Assembly: GCA_017417365.1 (NCBI GenBank)
Contig: JAFPZI010000005.1
Span: 1-35,315, forward strand
Direction of reading: 5' to 3'
Origin: Synergistaceae bacterium
GTDB taxonomy: Bacteria > Synergistota > Synergistia > Synergistales > Aminobacteriaceae
DNA: 35,315 nt
The notes below the pieces were generated by a model. The model did no database searches. It worked only from the letters and a program-made list of their open reading frames with translations, and was not told where the DNA came from. Positions 25,510 to 33,322 of the stretch are shown here, one piece after another; the stretch's first letter is position 1, and every line of letters begins with the position of its first letter. The translations under genes were made by a program, and so were the position numbers.

Positions 25510-25776
25510 ATGAAGTTGTTTGGCAGCAGAAATACCATGCCCGGCAAAGACATGAACAACCCCTATTGCAAGGTTTGTGCTAGGTTCATCCCCGACCGTT
25601 TTTCGCCGGAAGCCTTAGCCGAAGTTATTGATACAATTCTTTCACAGAACGGCATGCGCTCAGGTGTTGAGGACTACAACGCAGATACGTGCTGCTACCT
25701 GTGCAAGAAAGCTCTTCAGCGCAACCAGACACCAGCGAAATTTCAGCAGATGCTTACCTTCCTCACGGCCCAATAA
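25510..25776 (+). CDS. small Cys-rich hypothetical protein (CxxC...CCxxC)
   Basis: The 88-aa reading from ATG 25510 is preceded by GAGGTGA 6 nt upstream, directly after the cbiO stop. It contains CKVC and CCYLC motifs, a possible zinc-ribbon or metal site. I recognised no family. Confidence 0.4.
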   Translation: MKLFGSRNTMPGKDMNNPYCKVCARFIPDRFSPEALAEVIDTILSQNGMRSGVEDYNADTCCYLCKKALQRNQTPAKFQQMLTFLTAQ

Positions 25777-25819
25777 CCCACAAAAAATGGGAGCCTGAAT
25801 CCCTCAAGCCCCCTGACCG

Positions 25820-26593
25820 CTAACTATGGCTGTAACGTGATAGGAATTGCTTTGTCCTCTCCTCTTTAGGGTTGGAGAAAACTTCTCGCGGGTCCCCCTG
25901 TTCACAGATCCTCCCGCCGTCCATGAAGATTACTTTATCCGCAACATCTCGAGCAAACTCCATCTCGTGAGTTACGATAATCATCGTGGTATCCTGTTCC
26001 GACAAACCCCGAATCACCCTCAGGACTTCTCCCGTCAATTCCGGGTCCAACGCGCTCGTAGGCTCGTCAAAGCATAGTATATCCGGGTGCATGATTAACG
26101 CTCTGGCGATTGCGACTCGTTGCTGCTGCCCCCCTGAGAGCTGGTGTGGGTAGTTATTCATCCTGTCCGACAGCCCGATTTGCCTGAACAGTTCTACAGC
26201 CTCATCGTGAACTTTGTGCCTCACCGTGTCCCAAGTGTTATTCTCCTTAGCCAAAAGTCTCGGAGCAAGCATTACGTTATCCAGTGCCGTATACTGCGGA
26301 AACAGATTGAACTGCTGGAACACTAACCCGAAATGCAGCCTCTTCCGCCGAATCTGCGACTCCCTCAATGTTGACGGGTCAGCACAGTCAAGCAGCACTT
26401 CTCCCTTCACTGCAATGCTCCCCGAGTCGGGACGCTCTAAGAAGTTCAGGCAACGAAGAAGTGTCGTCTTTCCGCTCCCTGATGACCCGATAACCGAGAG
26501 TGCTTCACCGTGCTCAAGCGAGAAATCTATTCCCTTGAGGACCTCTATTCTCCCGAACGTCTTGCGCAAGTCCTTGACTTCAAGAATTGGCAT
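25820..26593 (-). CDS. polar amino acid ABC transporter ATP-binding protein (GlnQ-like)
   Basis: 257-aa ORF with Walker [10 protein letters not shown], signature [15 protein letters not shown] and Walker [13 protein letters not shown]. Confidence 0.95.
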   Translation of the reverse strand: MPILEVKDLRKTFGRIEVLKGIDFSLEHGEALSVIGSSGSGKTTLLRCLNFLERPDSGSIAVKGEVLLDCADPSTLRESQIRRKRLHFGLVFQQFNLFPQYTALDNVMLAPRLLAKENNTWDTVRHKVHDEAVELFRQIGLSDRMNNYPHQLSGGQQQRVAIARALIMHPDILCFDEPTSALDPELTGEVLRVIRGLSEQDTTMIIVTHEMEFARDVADKVIFMDGGRICEQGDPREVFSNPKEERTKQFLSRYSHS

Positions 26594-26605
26594 GATTATT
26601 CCTCC

Positions 26606-27295
26606 TTACCTGAAGTAGTCCAGCTTCCGTTCAAGCCGCCCGAGAAGTACTGTAACTATTCCGTTGAAGATTAGGTAGTAGAACGCCGTGAAGAACAGCG
26701 GCCATATCGCACCCGAGATTCCGTGAGACCCCTTCATGAACGCCTGACCCGCCCAAATAACTTCCTGCAATGCTATTATTCTCGCTAATGCCGTGTCCTT
26801 GACGAGCGTAATAATTTCGTTCGAGATTGGCGGAACTATTCGCTTTATCATCTGGAGTAGTGTAACGTTGAAGAATATCTGCTTCTTCGTCATGCCGAGA
26901 ACTAGGCCGGCCTCATTCTGTCCGACTGGTACGCTCAGGATTCCGCCACGGTATATCTCCGAGAAGTAGCAAGCATAGTTGATTATGAACGCTATCGAGG
27001 CCGCAAGAAATCTCCCCTGCTCTCCTCCGCCCCAAATCGGACTATGCAGGACAAGGCCCGGAAAGTAGTACACAATCAATAGCTGAATCATTAACGGGGT
27101 GCCGCGAATTATCCAGATTATGAACGTTGTAGTCAGGCTTATGGCCTTAATCTTTGAGAGCGAACCGAAGGCTATAATCAGTCCGAGCGGGAAGGCTCCC
27201 AGCAGTGTTACTGAAAACAGTTTGAGGGTCTGCACAAATCCTGAGTTCAGAGCGTTAACGACTACCGGGAGCTGCTGAAGAAATGTGTCCATCAA
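26606..27295 (-). CDS. polar amino acid ABC transporter permease (His/Glu/Gln/Arg family)
   Basis: 229-aa polytopic ORF with an EAA-like loop (VPVGQNEAGLVLGMTKKQIFFNVTLLQM). It lies between the ATPase and binding-protein genes. Confidence 0.9.
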   Translation of the reverse strand: MMDTFLQQLPVVVNALNSGFVQTLKLFSVTLLGAFPLGLIIAFGSLSKIKAISLTTTFIIWIIRGTPLMIQLLIVYYFPGLVLHSPIWGGGEQGRFLAASIAFIINYACYFSEIYRGGILSVPVGQNEAGLVLGMTKKQIFFNVTLLQMIKRIVPPISNEIITLVKDTALARIIALQEVIWAGQAFMKGSHGISGAIWPLFFTAFYYLIFNGIVTVLLGRLERKLDYFR

Positions 27296-28066
27296 TTATT
27301 TCGTGATGAGTGCTGCCTGAACGCCATACTTCTCGGCGATTTTCATGATGCTTCCGTCGTCGTAACCTGCCTCAAGGAACGCATTGAGCATGTAGGCCAA
27401 GTCCGACCCTTTGCGGAACCCAACGCCGTACTCTTCTGCGTTGAGGGCAACAGTGTAGGTCAGGGCCTCGTAGCCAGTTCCGGGACCGACCATAGCGGCG
27501 GCCATAAGTGAGTCGATTATCGCGGCATCTGCTGTCCCTGAAGCTACCTCCATTAGTGCGGAGGCCTGATCCTGAACTTCCACGACCTTGAAGCCGTATT
27601 TTGTGGCCTGTTCGTTGCCCGCGCTGCCGTGTTCGACCGCAAAGCGTAAGGACTGGATTCCCTCGAGGCTGGAATACTGGGCCTTCTTGACGACCGGGAC
27701 GACGACAATTTGGGCGTTGTTGCAGTAAGGAGCTGAACACTGCATAGCGGACTTGACTTCAGGTGTGAGGGTCATACCGTTCCACACGCAGTCAATATTT
27801 TTGCCGTCAAGCTCAAGGATTTTGTTGTTCCACTCGATTTCCTGGAACTCAACTTTTACGCCGATGCTCTCAGCGAATGCACGGGCCAAATCTGCGTCAA
27901 AGCCGATCCATTCACCGTTCTCGTTCTTGTAGTCCATGGGCTTGAAGTCGGTTATGCCCACAACGAGCACGCCTTTAGCCCTGACGTACTCGGAGTCTGA
28001 CTCTGCGTAAGCGCACGAACACGCGGCCAGAATGACAACGGCCAACAGTAATAACTTTTTCATCAT
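27296..28066 (-). CDS. amino acid ABC transporter substrate-binding lipoprotein (family 3 SBP)
   Basis: 256-aa ORF with a lipobox (VVILAACS). The pattern GVLVVGITDFKPMDYKNENGEWIGFDADLARAFAESIGVKVEF is typical of SBP_bac_3. It abuts the permease gene. Confidence 0.9.
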   Translation of the reverse strand: MMKKLLLLAVVILAACSCAYAESDSEYVRAKGVLVVGITDFKPMDYKNENGEWIGFDADLARAFAESIGVKVEFQEIEWNNKILELDGKNIDCVWNGMTLTPEVKSAMQCSAPYCNNAQIVVVPVVKKAQYSSLEGIQSLRFAVEHGSAGNEQATKYGFKVVEVQDQASALMEVASGTADAAIIDSLMAAAMVGPGTGYEALTYTVALNAEEYGVGFRKGSDLAYMLNAFLEAGYDDGSIMKIAEKYGVQAALITK

Positions 28067-28124
28067 TGAGAAACATCTCCTGTGAGGAAAATTCTTTAAC
28101 GCTTTAACACGCTAAAGTGAGAAA

Positions 28125-28152
28125 ATTTTACGTTATTGTCCTAGAATTGTAA
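28125..28152 (-). promoter_or_regulatory. candidate sigma-70 promoter of the amino acid ABC operon
   Basis: The minus strand reads TTACAA (28152-28147), 16 nt, then TAAAAT (28130-28125), about 60 nt upstream of the SBP start. A direct repeat ctttaac-g-ctttaac lies in the leader. Confidence 0.35.
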
Positions 28153-28185
28153 ATTAGCATTTCGTGAAGGGAGTGATAGTGCAGG

Positions 28186-28677
28186 TTAGGAGCACTGTTG
28201 GAGTTTGTCGAATGGAGGAGGAAAGCTATTGCTGTCATAATCTAGTATTGTCTCGAAGAACGGGTGAAATTCGATTTTGCGGGGCTCGCTATCACTCACT
28301 AAAATCATATGAATTTGTGTCCGCTTCTTTGCTTCTGAGGGGAGTTGTGCCCACAGCTCTTCATACTTGTTTATCTTGGGGAAAGCTATAGCATAATGAA
28401 CATTGGGGTCATCCATGCGCTGTAATATTTCGCTCAAGGCATTGAGGAAATAGTTTGTCTTGGAGGCTTCACGGGGCAGCAGAGTACCTTTTTTGAGAGC
28501 ATAAGAACTTTTTGCCTCAATCCTCCAGCATGAGTCATCTTTTCGGGCTTCGAAGTCTACCCCTTTATTGTGGCCAAGATTGATACTGACTATCCAGCCA
28601 TGACGGCTAAAAAACTCAGCGATAATAGTCTTCACTGTATCTTCATGGACAAATTTTTCATGCACTGATTGCGTCAT
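28186..28677 (-). CDS. hypothetical protein with PD-(D/E)xK nuclease-like core motif
   Basis: 163-aa reading from ATG 28677, with GGAG 9 nt upstream; the ORF track opens earlier at 28767. GVDFEARKDDSCWRIEAKS gives a D...ExK arrangement like restriction-endonuclease-fold proteins. It is visibly A/T-richer than the flanking genes. Confidence 0.4.
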   Translation of the reverse strand: MTQSVHEKFVHEDTVKTIIAEFFSRHGWIVSINLGHNKGVDFEARKDDSCWRIEAKSSYALKKGTLLPREASKTNYFLNALSEILQRMDDPNVHYAIAFPKINKYEELWAQLPSEAKKRTQIHMILVSDSEPRKIEFHPFFETILDYDSNSFPPPFDKLQQCS

Positions 28678-28798
28678 ATAGTTTTTCTCCTTTTCCTGGA
28701 CATTAAGGAACTTTCGGCAACACATAATAACTCTAGCCGAACGAGTACATGAGTATTTCCCCTGCATTAACCCACCCTCACCCGTATTGCCTCTCGCC

Positions 28799-30591
28799 TC
28801 ACGACTGCACGTTGGCCTTCAGGACCTCAAAGGCTCTCCTGATGATTGCCGCCATAAGTTTACGCCTCTGCAGGAGAAATTCATCGTAGGTCATGTTCTC
28901 CCAGCCGTGAGGGAGCGCGTTCTCTTCCTCCATACGCAAAATTTCCGTGTAGGTCATGCCGTTACACACAATAGGATAATATACAGAAGGTGCCTCGTTG
29001 AGAATCTTCATGTTATTGTTCCACTCGATGTATGCGTAGTTTGCCATCTGGTTAATCTGTGTGTCGGTGCAGCCTTGAGCCTTGAGATATGCTTTAGGGA
29101 AAAGGTGGTGCTTCTCGAGGGATTTGCGGGTACCGTCAGAGCCGGGCATGAAGAGAGTTGAGACTGGAAGGCTGCTGCGTGAGAAGAGTATCTTTGTCCC
29201 GAGAATGTTCAGCGAGGCAACGTAAGCATACCACGTATTATTGCCCTGTCCTGAAGCGGCTAAACCTTCGGAGCCGGTAATAGTTACGTTGAAATAGTAA
29301 TCTGTCAAACTCTGGTTTATCCTATCAAGGATATATTGTTTATATTCCTCGAAATTAGTGAAATTTTTTATAGCGTTGATAAGAGCCTCAGCAGTGGATT
29401 CATTACGCCAATATCTGGAAATAAGTACTGCATGGAAGAACCATAGCTCTGTCAGATTTTTATTTATGTCGTTAGGAGCATTGAATCTATACTTTGCGAT
29501 CAGATACATTGCATATGTATAGAACACCGAACTCTTCGCAGGAATCATTGAGTCAGAAAGATAACCAGCCTTCATAATTGCATTGAAGAACTCGTGAAGG
29601 TTATTTACGTTCATGACGTCGGGCAGGTTGGATTTCAAGACAGCAAAATTCTTCTCCATAATCTCTCTGCTGATAACTCCATTACGCTCGAAATCAGTAC
29701 CTCTCAGCAGCTTATAGCCATGGTCCATCCTGGCTCTGTTGAAAGCGTAAAACATGACCGTACGGATAATATCTTTAGGACTAATTTTTATCCCCATACT
29801 GTTATACGAAGTAGCACCATACTGTGAGGGTGATAACGATTCTTGACAGAACTTCTCGATTTCTCTTCGGCCTTCCTCCCAATGCACGGATAACAGAGTC
29901 AATACAAAGCTGTCCTCTGTGAGCTTTACTCCTTGCGAATTTATACGTACAAAAATTTGTGCTACTGCTTCTTCGTCTGCGTGGGATTTGAGCTGAAACA
30001 CCGCGGAAAAGTATACTGCTTAAGGCTGAATAAGGCTTCTATACGCTCTGAAATAGTTACACGTTCTTCTTCTGTCAAAATTTCATTATTTCTCTCTCTG
30101 GATTTCGTGAGTGTATCTGTAAATTGATTCACGAACCTTGAAGAATGAGTCTTTGAGAACAATTCGCTTATATTGTATATCCACTCTGGGCTCTGCCTGC
30201 TTGCTGCATTGCCGACTTCGAACTTATTCATCAGCGGACAGAATGAGATTATAATCTCGCGTTCTTTGTTCTTCGCATCGACAACTTTATTTCCCTTGAT
30301 GACGGCATATAAAGAAGTTAGTCTTTGCTGTCCGTCAATAATCACTTCCTTAGGGGCTTCATAACTTTTCAAGTCAGTGCCTATTGTTTTCTTCTTGCTA
30401 AATTCTGGACAGCTCCATAACATCAAGTAGCCTACAGGATAGCCAAGCAGCATAGAATCCAATAGATCGCGTACCTGAGCGTCCTTCCAGACAAACGGCC
30501 TCTGAAGTTCTGGAAGGCCAAGTTCTCCAGTGTCTATTTTCTCTATGAGCTGATTAACTGTGAAGCTGGTGATGCTGAATATCTGATCCAT
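28799..30591 (-). pseudogene. DUF262 (ParB/Srx-like NTPase) plus DUF1524/His-Me-finger nuclease, GmrSD-like, split by a frameshift
   Basis: - The upstream part (30591..29962) carries the DUF262 motif LPELQRPFVW and DGQQRLTS.
- The downstream part (30001..28799) continues the same domain (IFVRINSQGVKLTEDSF) and ends with a His-Me-type motif EKHHLFPKAYL...NYAYIEWNNN.
- The two frames overlap at 29962-30001, which implies a 1-nt indel near 30000-30008.
- The likely start is ATG 30591, with an AAGGAG SD upstream. Confidence 0.7.
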
Positions 30592-30617
30592 AAGTTTATT
30601 ACTCCTTGTCAAGAAAT

Positions 30618-30662
30618 AAAAGCAGGTTAGGTCGTAATTTTATCATAGCCCAACCTGCTTTA
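30618..30662 (-). terminator. rho-independent terminator of trpB2
   Basis: A 9-bp stem pairs aagcaggtt (30620-30628) with aacctgctt (30652-30660). On the minus strand TTTTATTTCTT follows. It lies 15 nt past the trpB2 stop. Confidence 0.6.
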
Positions 30663-30675
30663 TCATCCAGAATAA

Positions 30676-32052
30676 CTATAGATTCACATTAGGAATCCCC
30701 GCAAAGCCCTTCGCCAAATCCTCGTCAGTCGGTATATAGTCCGTCATAACTCCGTCATTGTACTTCTCGTACGCGACCATGTCGAAATACCCCGTCCCGG
30801 TCAGCCCGAAGATTATCGTCTTCTCTTCGCCGGTCTCCCTGCACTTCAACGCCTCATCAATCGCCGTACGTATCGCGTGAGCACTCTCGGGTGCCGGCAA
30901 TATCCCTTCAACACGCGCGAACTGTTCCGCCGCCTCGAACACGCTCGTCTGCTCAACAGAACGTGCCTCCATAAGCCCGTCATGATACAGCTGTGATAGT
31001 ATGCTGCTCATCCCGTGATAGCGCAATCCTCCCGCATGGTTAGCACTCGGTATGAAGTCGTGCCCCAACGTGTACATCTTGGCCATAGGGCAGACTTTCC
31101 CAGTGTCGCAGAAATCGTATGCGAATTTCCCGCGCGTGAAACTCGGACAGCTCGCAGGTTCCACAGCAATAATCTCGTAATCTGCCTCTCCACGGAGCTT
31201 TTCGCCCATGAACGGAGAGATTAGCCCGCCCAAGTTCGACCCGCCTCCAGCACAGCCGATTATCACGTCGGGCCTTATGCCGTACTTGTCGCAGGCTGCC
31301 TTAGTCTCGAGGCCTATCACTGACTGGTGCAGCAATACCTGATTAAGCACGCTCCCGAGAACGTAACGGTAACCTTCCGTAGACGTTGCGACCTCCACAG
31401 CCTCACTGATTGCGCACCCGAGTGAACCCGTAGTGCCAGGGTGATCGGCGTTGATCTTGCGGCCAATGTTCGTGTCCATCGACGGGGAAGGCGTAACTTC
31501 AGCTCCATATGTCCTCATAACCTCGCGCCTGAAGGGCTTCTGCTCATAGGAGACTTTGACCATGTAGACCTTGCACCCTAACCTGAAGAACGAACACGCC
31601 ATCGCAAGTGCCGTACCCCATTGGCCTGCACCGGTCTCGGTTGTTACACCCTTGAGGCCCTGCTTCTTCGCGTAATAGGCCTGAGCTATTGCACTGTTCA
31701 GCTTGTGGGAACCTGAAGTATTGTTGCCCTCGAACTTGTAGAAGATATGCGCGGGAGTGTCCAGAACTTCCTCAAGAAATACCGCGTGGACCAACGGTGA
31801 AGGCCGGTACATCTTGTAGAAGTTGAGGATCTCTTCAGGAATCGGAATGTAGGCGGTGTCGTTGTCGAGTTCCTGGCGAATTAGTTCGTCGCAGAAAATC
31901 GGCTGCATGTCCTCGAACTTCAGGGGCTCCAGCGTGCCGGGGTGAATCAGGGGAGCGGGTTTGGTCTTCATGTCGGCTCTGACGTTGTACCACGCTGTGG
32001 GAATGTCTTTCTCGTCAAGGTAAATCTTATACGGAACATCTATCTTGCTCAT
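30676..32052 (-). CDS. trpB2: TrpB-like PLP-dependent enzyme (tryptophan synthase beta chain, type 2)
   Basis: 458-aa ORF with the long TrpB2-type N-terminus (YKIYLDEKDIPTAWYNV), a PLP-lysine region (GNNTSGSHKLNSA) and a GGGSN phosphate loop. No other trp genes are nearby. Confidence 0.9.
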   Translation of the reverse strand: MSKIDVPYKIYLDEKDIPTAWYNVRADMKTKPAPLIHPGTLEPLKFEDMQPIFCDELIRQELDNDTAYIPIPEEILNFYKMYRPSPLVHAVFLEEVLDTPAHIFYKFEGNNTSGSHKLNSAIAQAYYAKKQGLKGVTTETGAGQWGTALAMACSFFRLGCKVYMVKVSYEQKPFRREVMRTYGAEVTPSPSMDTNIGRKINADHPGTTGSLGCAISEAVEVATSTEGYRYVLGSVLNQVLLHQSVIGLETKAACDKYGIRPDVIIGCAGGGSNLGGLISPFMGEKLRGEADYEIIAVEPASCPSFTRGKFAYDFCDTGKVCPMAKMYTLGHDFIPSANHAGGLRYHGMSSILSQLYHDGLMEARSVEQTSVFEAAEQFARVEGILPAPESAHAIRTAIDEALKCRETGEEKTIIFGLTGTGYFDMVAYEKYNDGVMTDYIPTDEDLAKGFAGIPNVNL

Positions 32053-32086
32053 GAATTAGTCCTCCTGTGAAATTCTTGTGTGAGTA

Positions 32087-32116
32087 ATTATAGTGTAGCT
32101 GTGAGTTTTCTGTGTA
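32087..32116 (-). promoter_or_regulatory. candidate sigma-70 promoter of trpB2
   Basis: The minus strand reads TACACA (32116-32111), 18 nt, then TATAAT (32092-32087), about 35 nt upstream of an AGGAGG SD and the ATG at 32052. Confidence 0.4.
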
Positions 32117-32130
32117 GCATAATTGATTTA

Positions 32131-32943
32131 CTAGCCTTTCAGCCGCTCAATGAGGAAAATTACCGCTATGATTATGAAGATTATGATATAGATTAGTTCT
32201 GCCCTGTCCCGCCAAGTCCAACGTCTCGAAGGTTTGGTCTTCTGGGGCCTGCCTGAGTCCCACACGCAGTCCATGAGGTTACGGCCTCTCCATGTGCCGG
32301 TCGCTGTGAAGAATTGTCCGGGCTTGATGGTTCGGAGCTGGGGTTCCATGCTTGAGGGGAAAACGCAGTCGACTCTGTAGACGGTGTTATCTGCTGGTGA
32401 TGACACAAGAGACACACAAAACGTGCTGCCTGTCTGAGCTACTTTGAGGACTTTTCCGCCGGTGAGGGTGAGAGTTCTGCCCTCGTATTTGTTCCTGGCC
32501 AAGACGGGATTTCTCTTGAAGCTGCTCATGATGTCGATGATTGAGATTCTTGACTGGCCATCTTTGGTCTGATTTCTGGCGAGCCACAAACATAGTGAAC
32601 GTACTTGTTTCAGGAGCTGGATATTGTCGTTCTGTGAGGTGTCCTCATTGTGGGCGTTTTTGTTGCGAAAGATTCTAATCTTGTGCATGAGGCCTAATCT
32701 TCTGCCCCAAACGATTCTTCTGCGCGCTAATTCGTCGATGAGGTCGGCTAAAGTTCTGTCCTGACCGTCAGACTTTAGGTCGATGTTGTTGGCCTTGCAC
32801 AATTCCTTCACGAAGTTGTCGAACACGCGCGAGATGTAGAGCATGCACGCTGCGTTGTCGGTGTAGAGGTAGTTTTCTGCTTTCTCTCCGTCTTCAGCGA
32901 TTTCCGGGAATTTGTCTCTTAAGAACTCGAATTTGCCCGCCAT
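32131..32943 (-). CDS. DUF4145 (HEPN-like, R-x4-H) / OB-fold (tRNA_anti-like) / C-terminal TM anchor protein
   Basis: 270-aa ORF in three parts:
- The N-terminal helical domain ends in LMHKIRIFRNKNAHNE, the DUF4145 pattern. R93-x4-H98 is encoded at 32650-32667.
- The middle region NPVLARNKYEGRTLTLTGGKVLKV...VYRVDCVFP...TIKPGQFFTATGTW matches the tRNA_anti-like OB-fold pattern.
- The C-terminus LIYIIIFIIIAVIFLIERL is a TM helix. Confidence 0.6.
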   Translation of the reverse strand: MAGKFEFLRDKFPEIAEDGEKAENYLYTDNAACMLYISRVFDNFVKELCKANNIDLKSDGQDRTLADLIDELARRRIVWGRRLGLMHKIRIFRNKNAHNEDTSQNDNIQLLKQVRSLCLWLARNQTKDGQSRISIIDIMSSFKRNPVLARNKYEGRTLTLTGGKVLKVAQTGSTFCVSLVSSPADNTVYRVDCVFPSSMEPQLRTIKPGQFFTATGTWRGRNLMDCVWDSGRPQKTKPSRRWTWRDRAELIYIIIFIIIAVIFLIERLKG

Positions 32944-33020
32944 AATTCAGCCTTCTCTCATAATATTTTGGGACAATTATACACAGAGCCTTCTAGGTTT
33001 TGCACTTTCGGGCCTCTAGG

Positions 33021-33240
33021 ACTCCACACACCGTAACGTCATAGCATCCCGCATCGTCCCGAGCCTCGTGTGTCTCACACCCCAAACGTCATACCCTCAC
33101 GCCCCCAAGCCTCGTGTGTCCACACCTCAACGTCATACCCAACACCGTAACATCATCACACCATCACGCACCAAGCAACGTCCTCTACCACTCACACACT
33201 CACCCCGCGACTCAAACCATCCTTCACACTTTCACGCCGA
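33021..33240. repeat. degenerate tandem repeat field (about 44-50 bp period), C/A-rich on + and G/T-rich on -
   Basis: aacgtcata recurs at 33035, 33085 and 33129. agcctcgtgtgtc recurs at 33062 and 33108. Further decayed copies extend to about 33240. The field lies between the divergent promoters of the DUF4145 gene and tig. Confidence 0.7.
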
Positions 33241-33244
33241 TTTA

Positions 33245-33253
33245 TGGTAGAAT
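33245..33253 (+). promoter_or_regulatory. candidate extended -10 promoter of tig
   Basis: TGgTAGAAT occurs at 33245-33253, about 70 nt upstream of the tig start. A perfect 6-bp hairpin (gccctg 33266-33271 with cagggc 33281-33286) lies in the leader. Confidence 0.35.
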
Positions 33254-33322
33254 TTCCTCATTCATGCCCTGTTAAACGTTCAGGGCAATTTGTAATGTAT
33301 GCAAAGGAGTCCTGAATTAACA

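Noticed and set aside
33068-33250. 60-aa plus-strand ORF (P/T/H/R-rich) in the tig upstream region
   Set aside because: It lies entirely within the C/A-rich degenerate repeat field. It has no SD, uses an alternative start, and its composition is dictated by the repeats. I treat it as non-coding.
28067-33298. Mobile-element hallmarks (integrase, transposase, tRNA target, direct-repeat att sites) around the A/T-rich accessory genes
   Set aside because: No ORF with recombinase or transposase motifs is present, no tRNA-like sequence is present, and I could not find flanking direct repeats by eye. The insertion mechanism therefore remains unknown, and I did not call a mobile_element.
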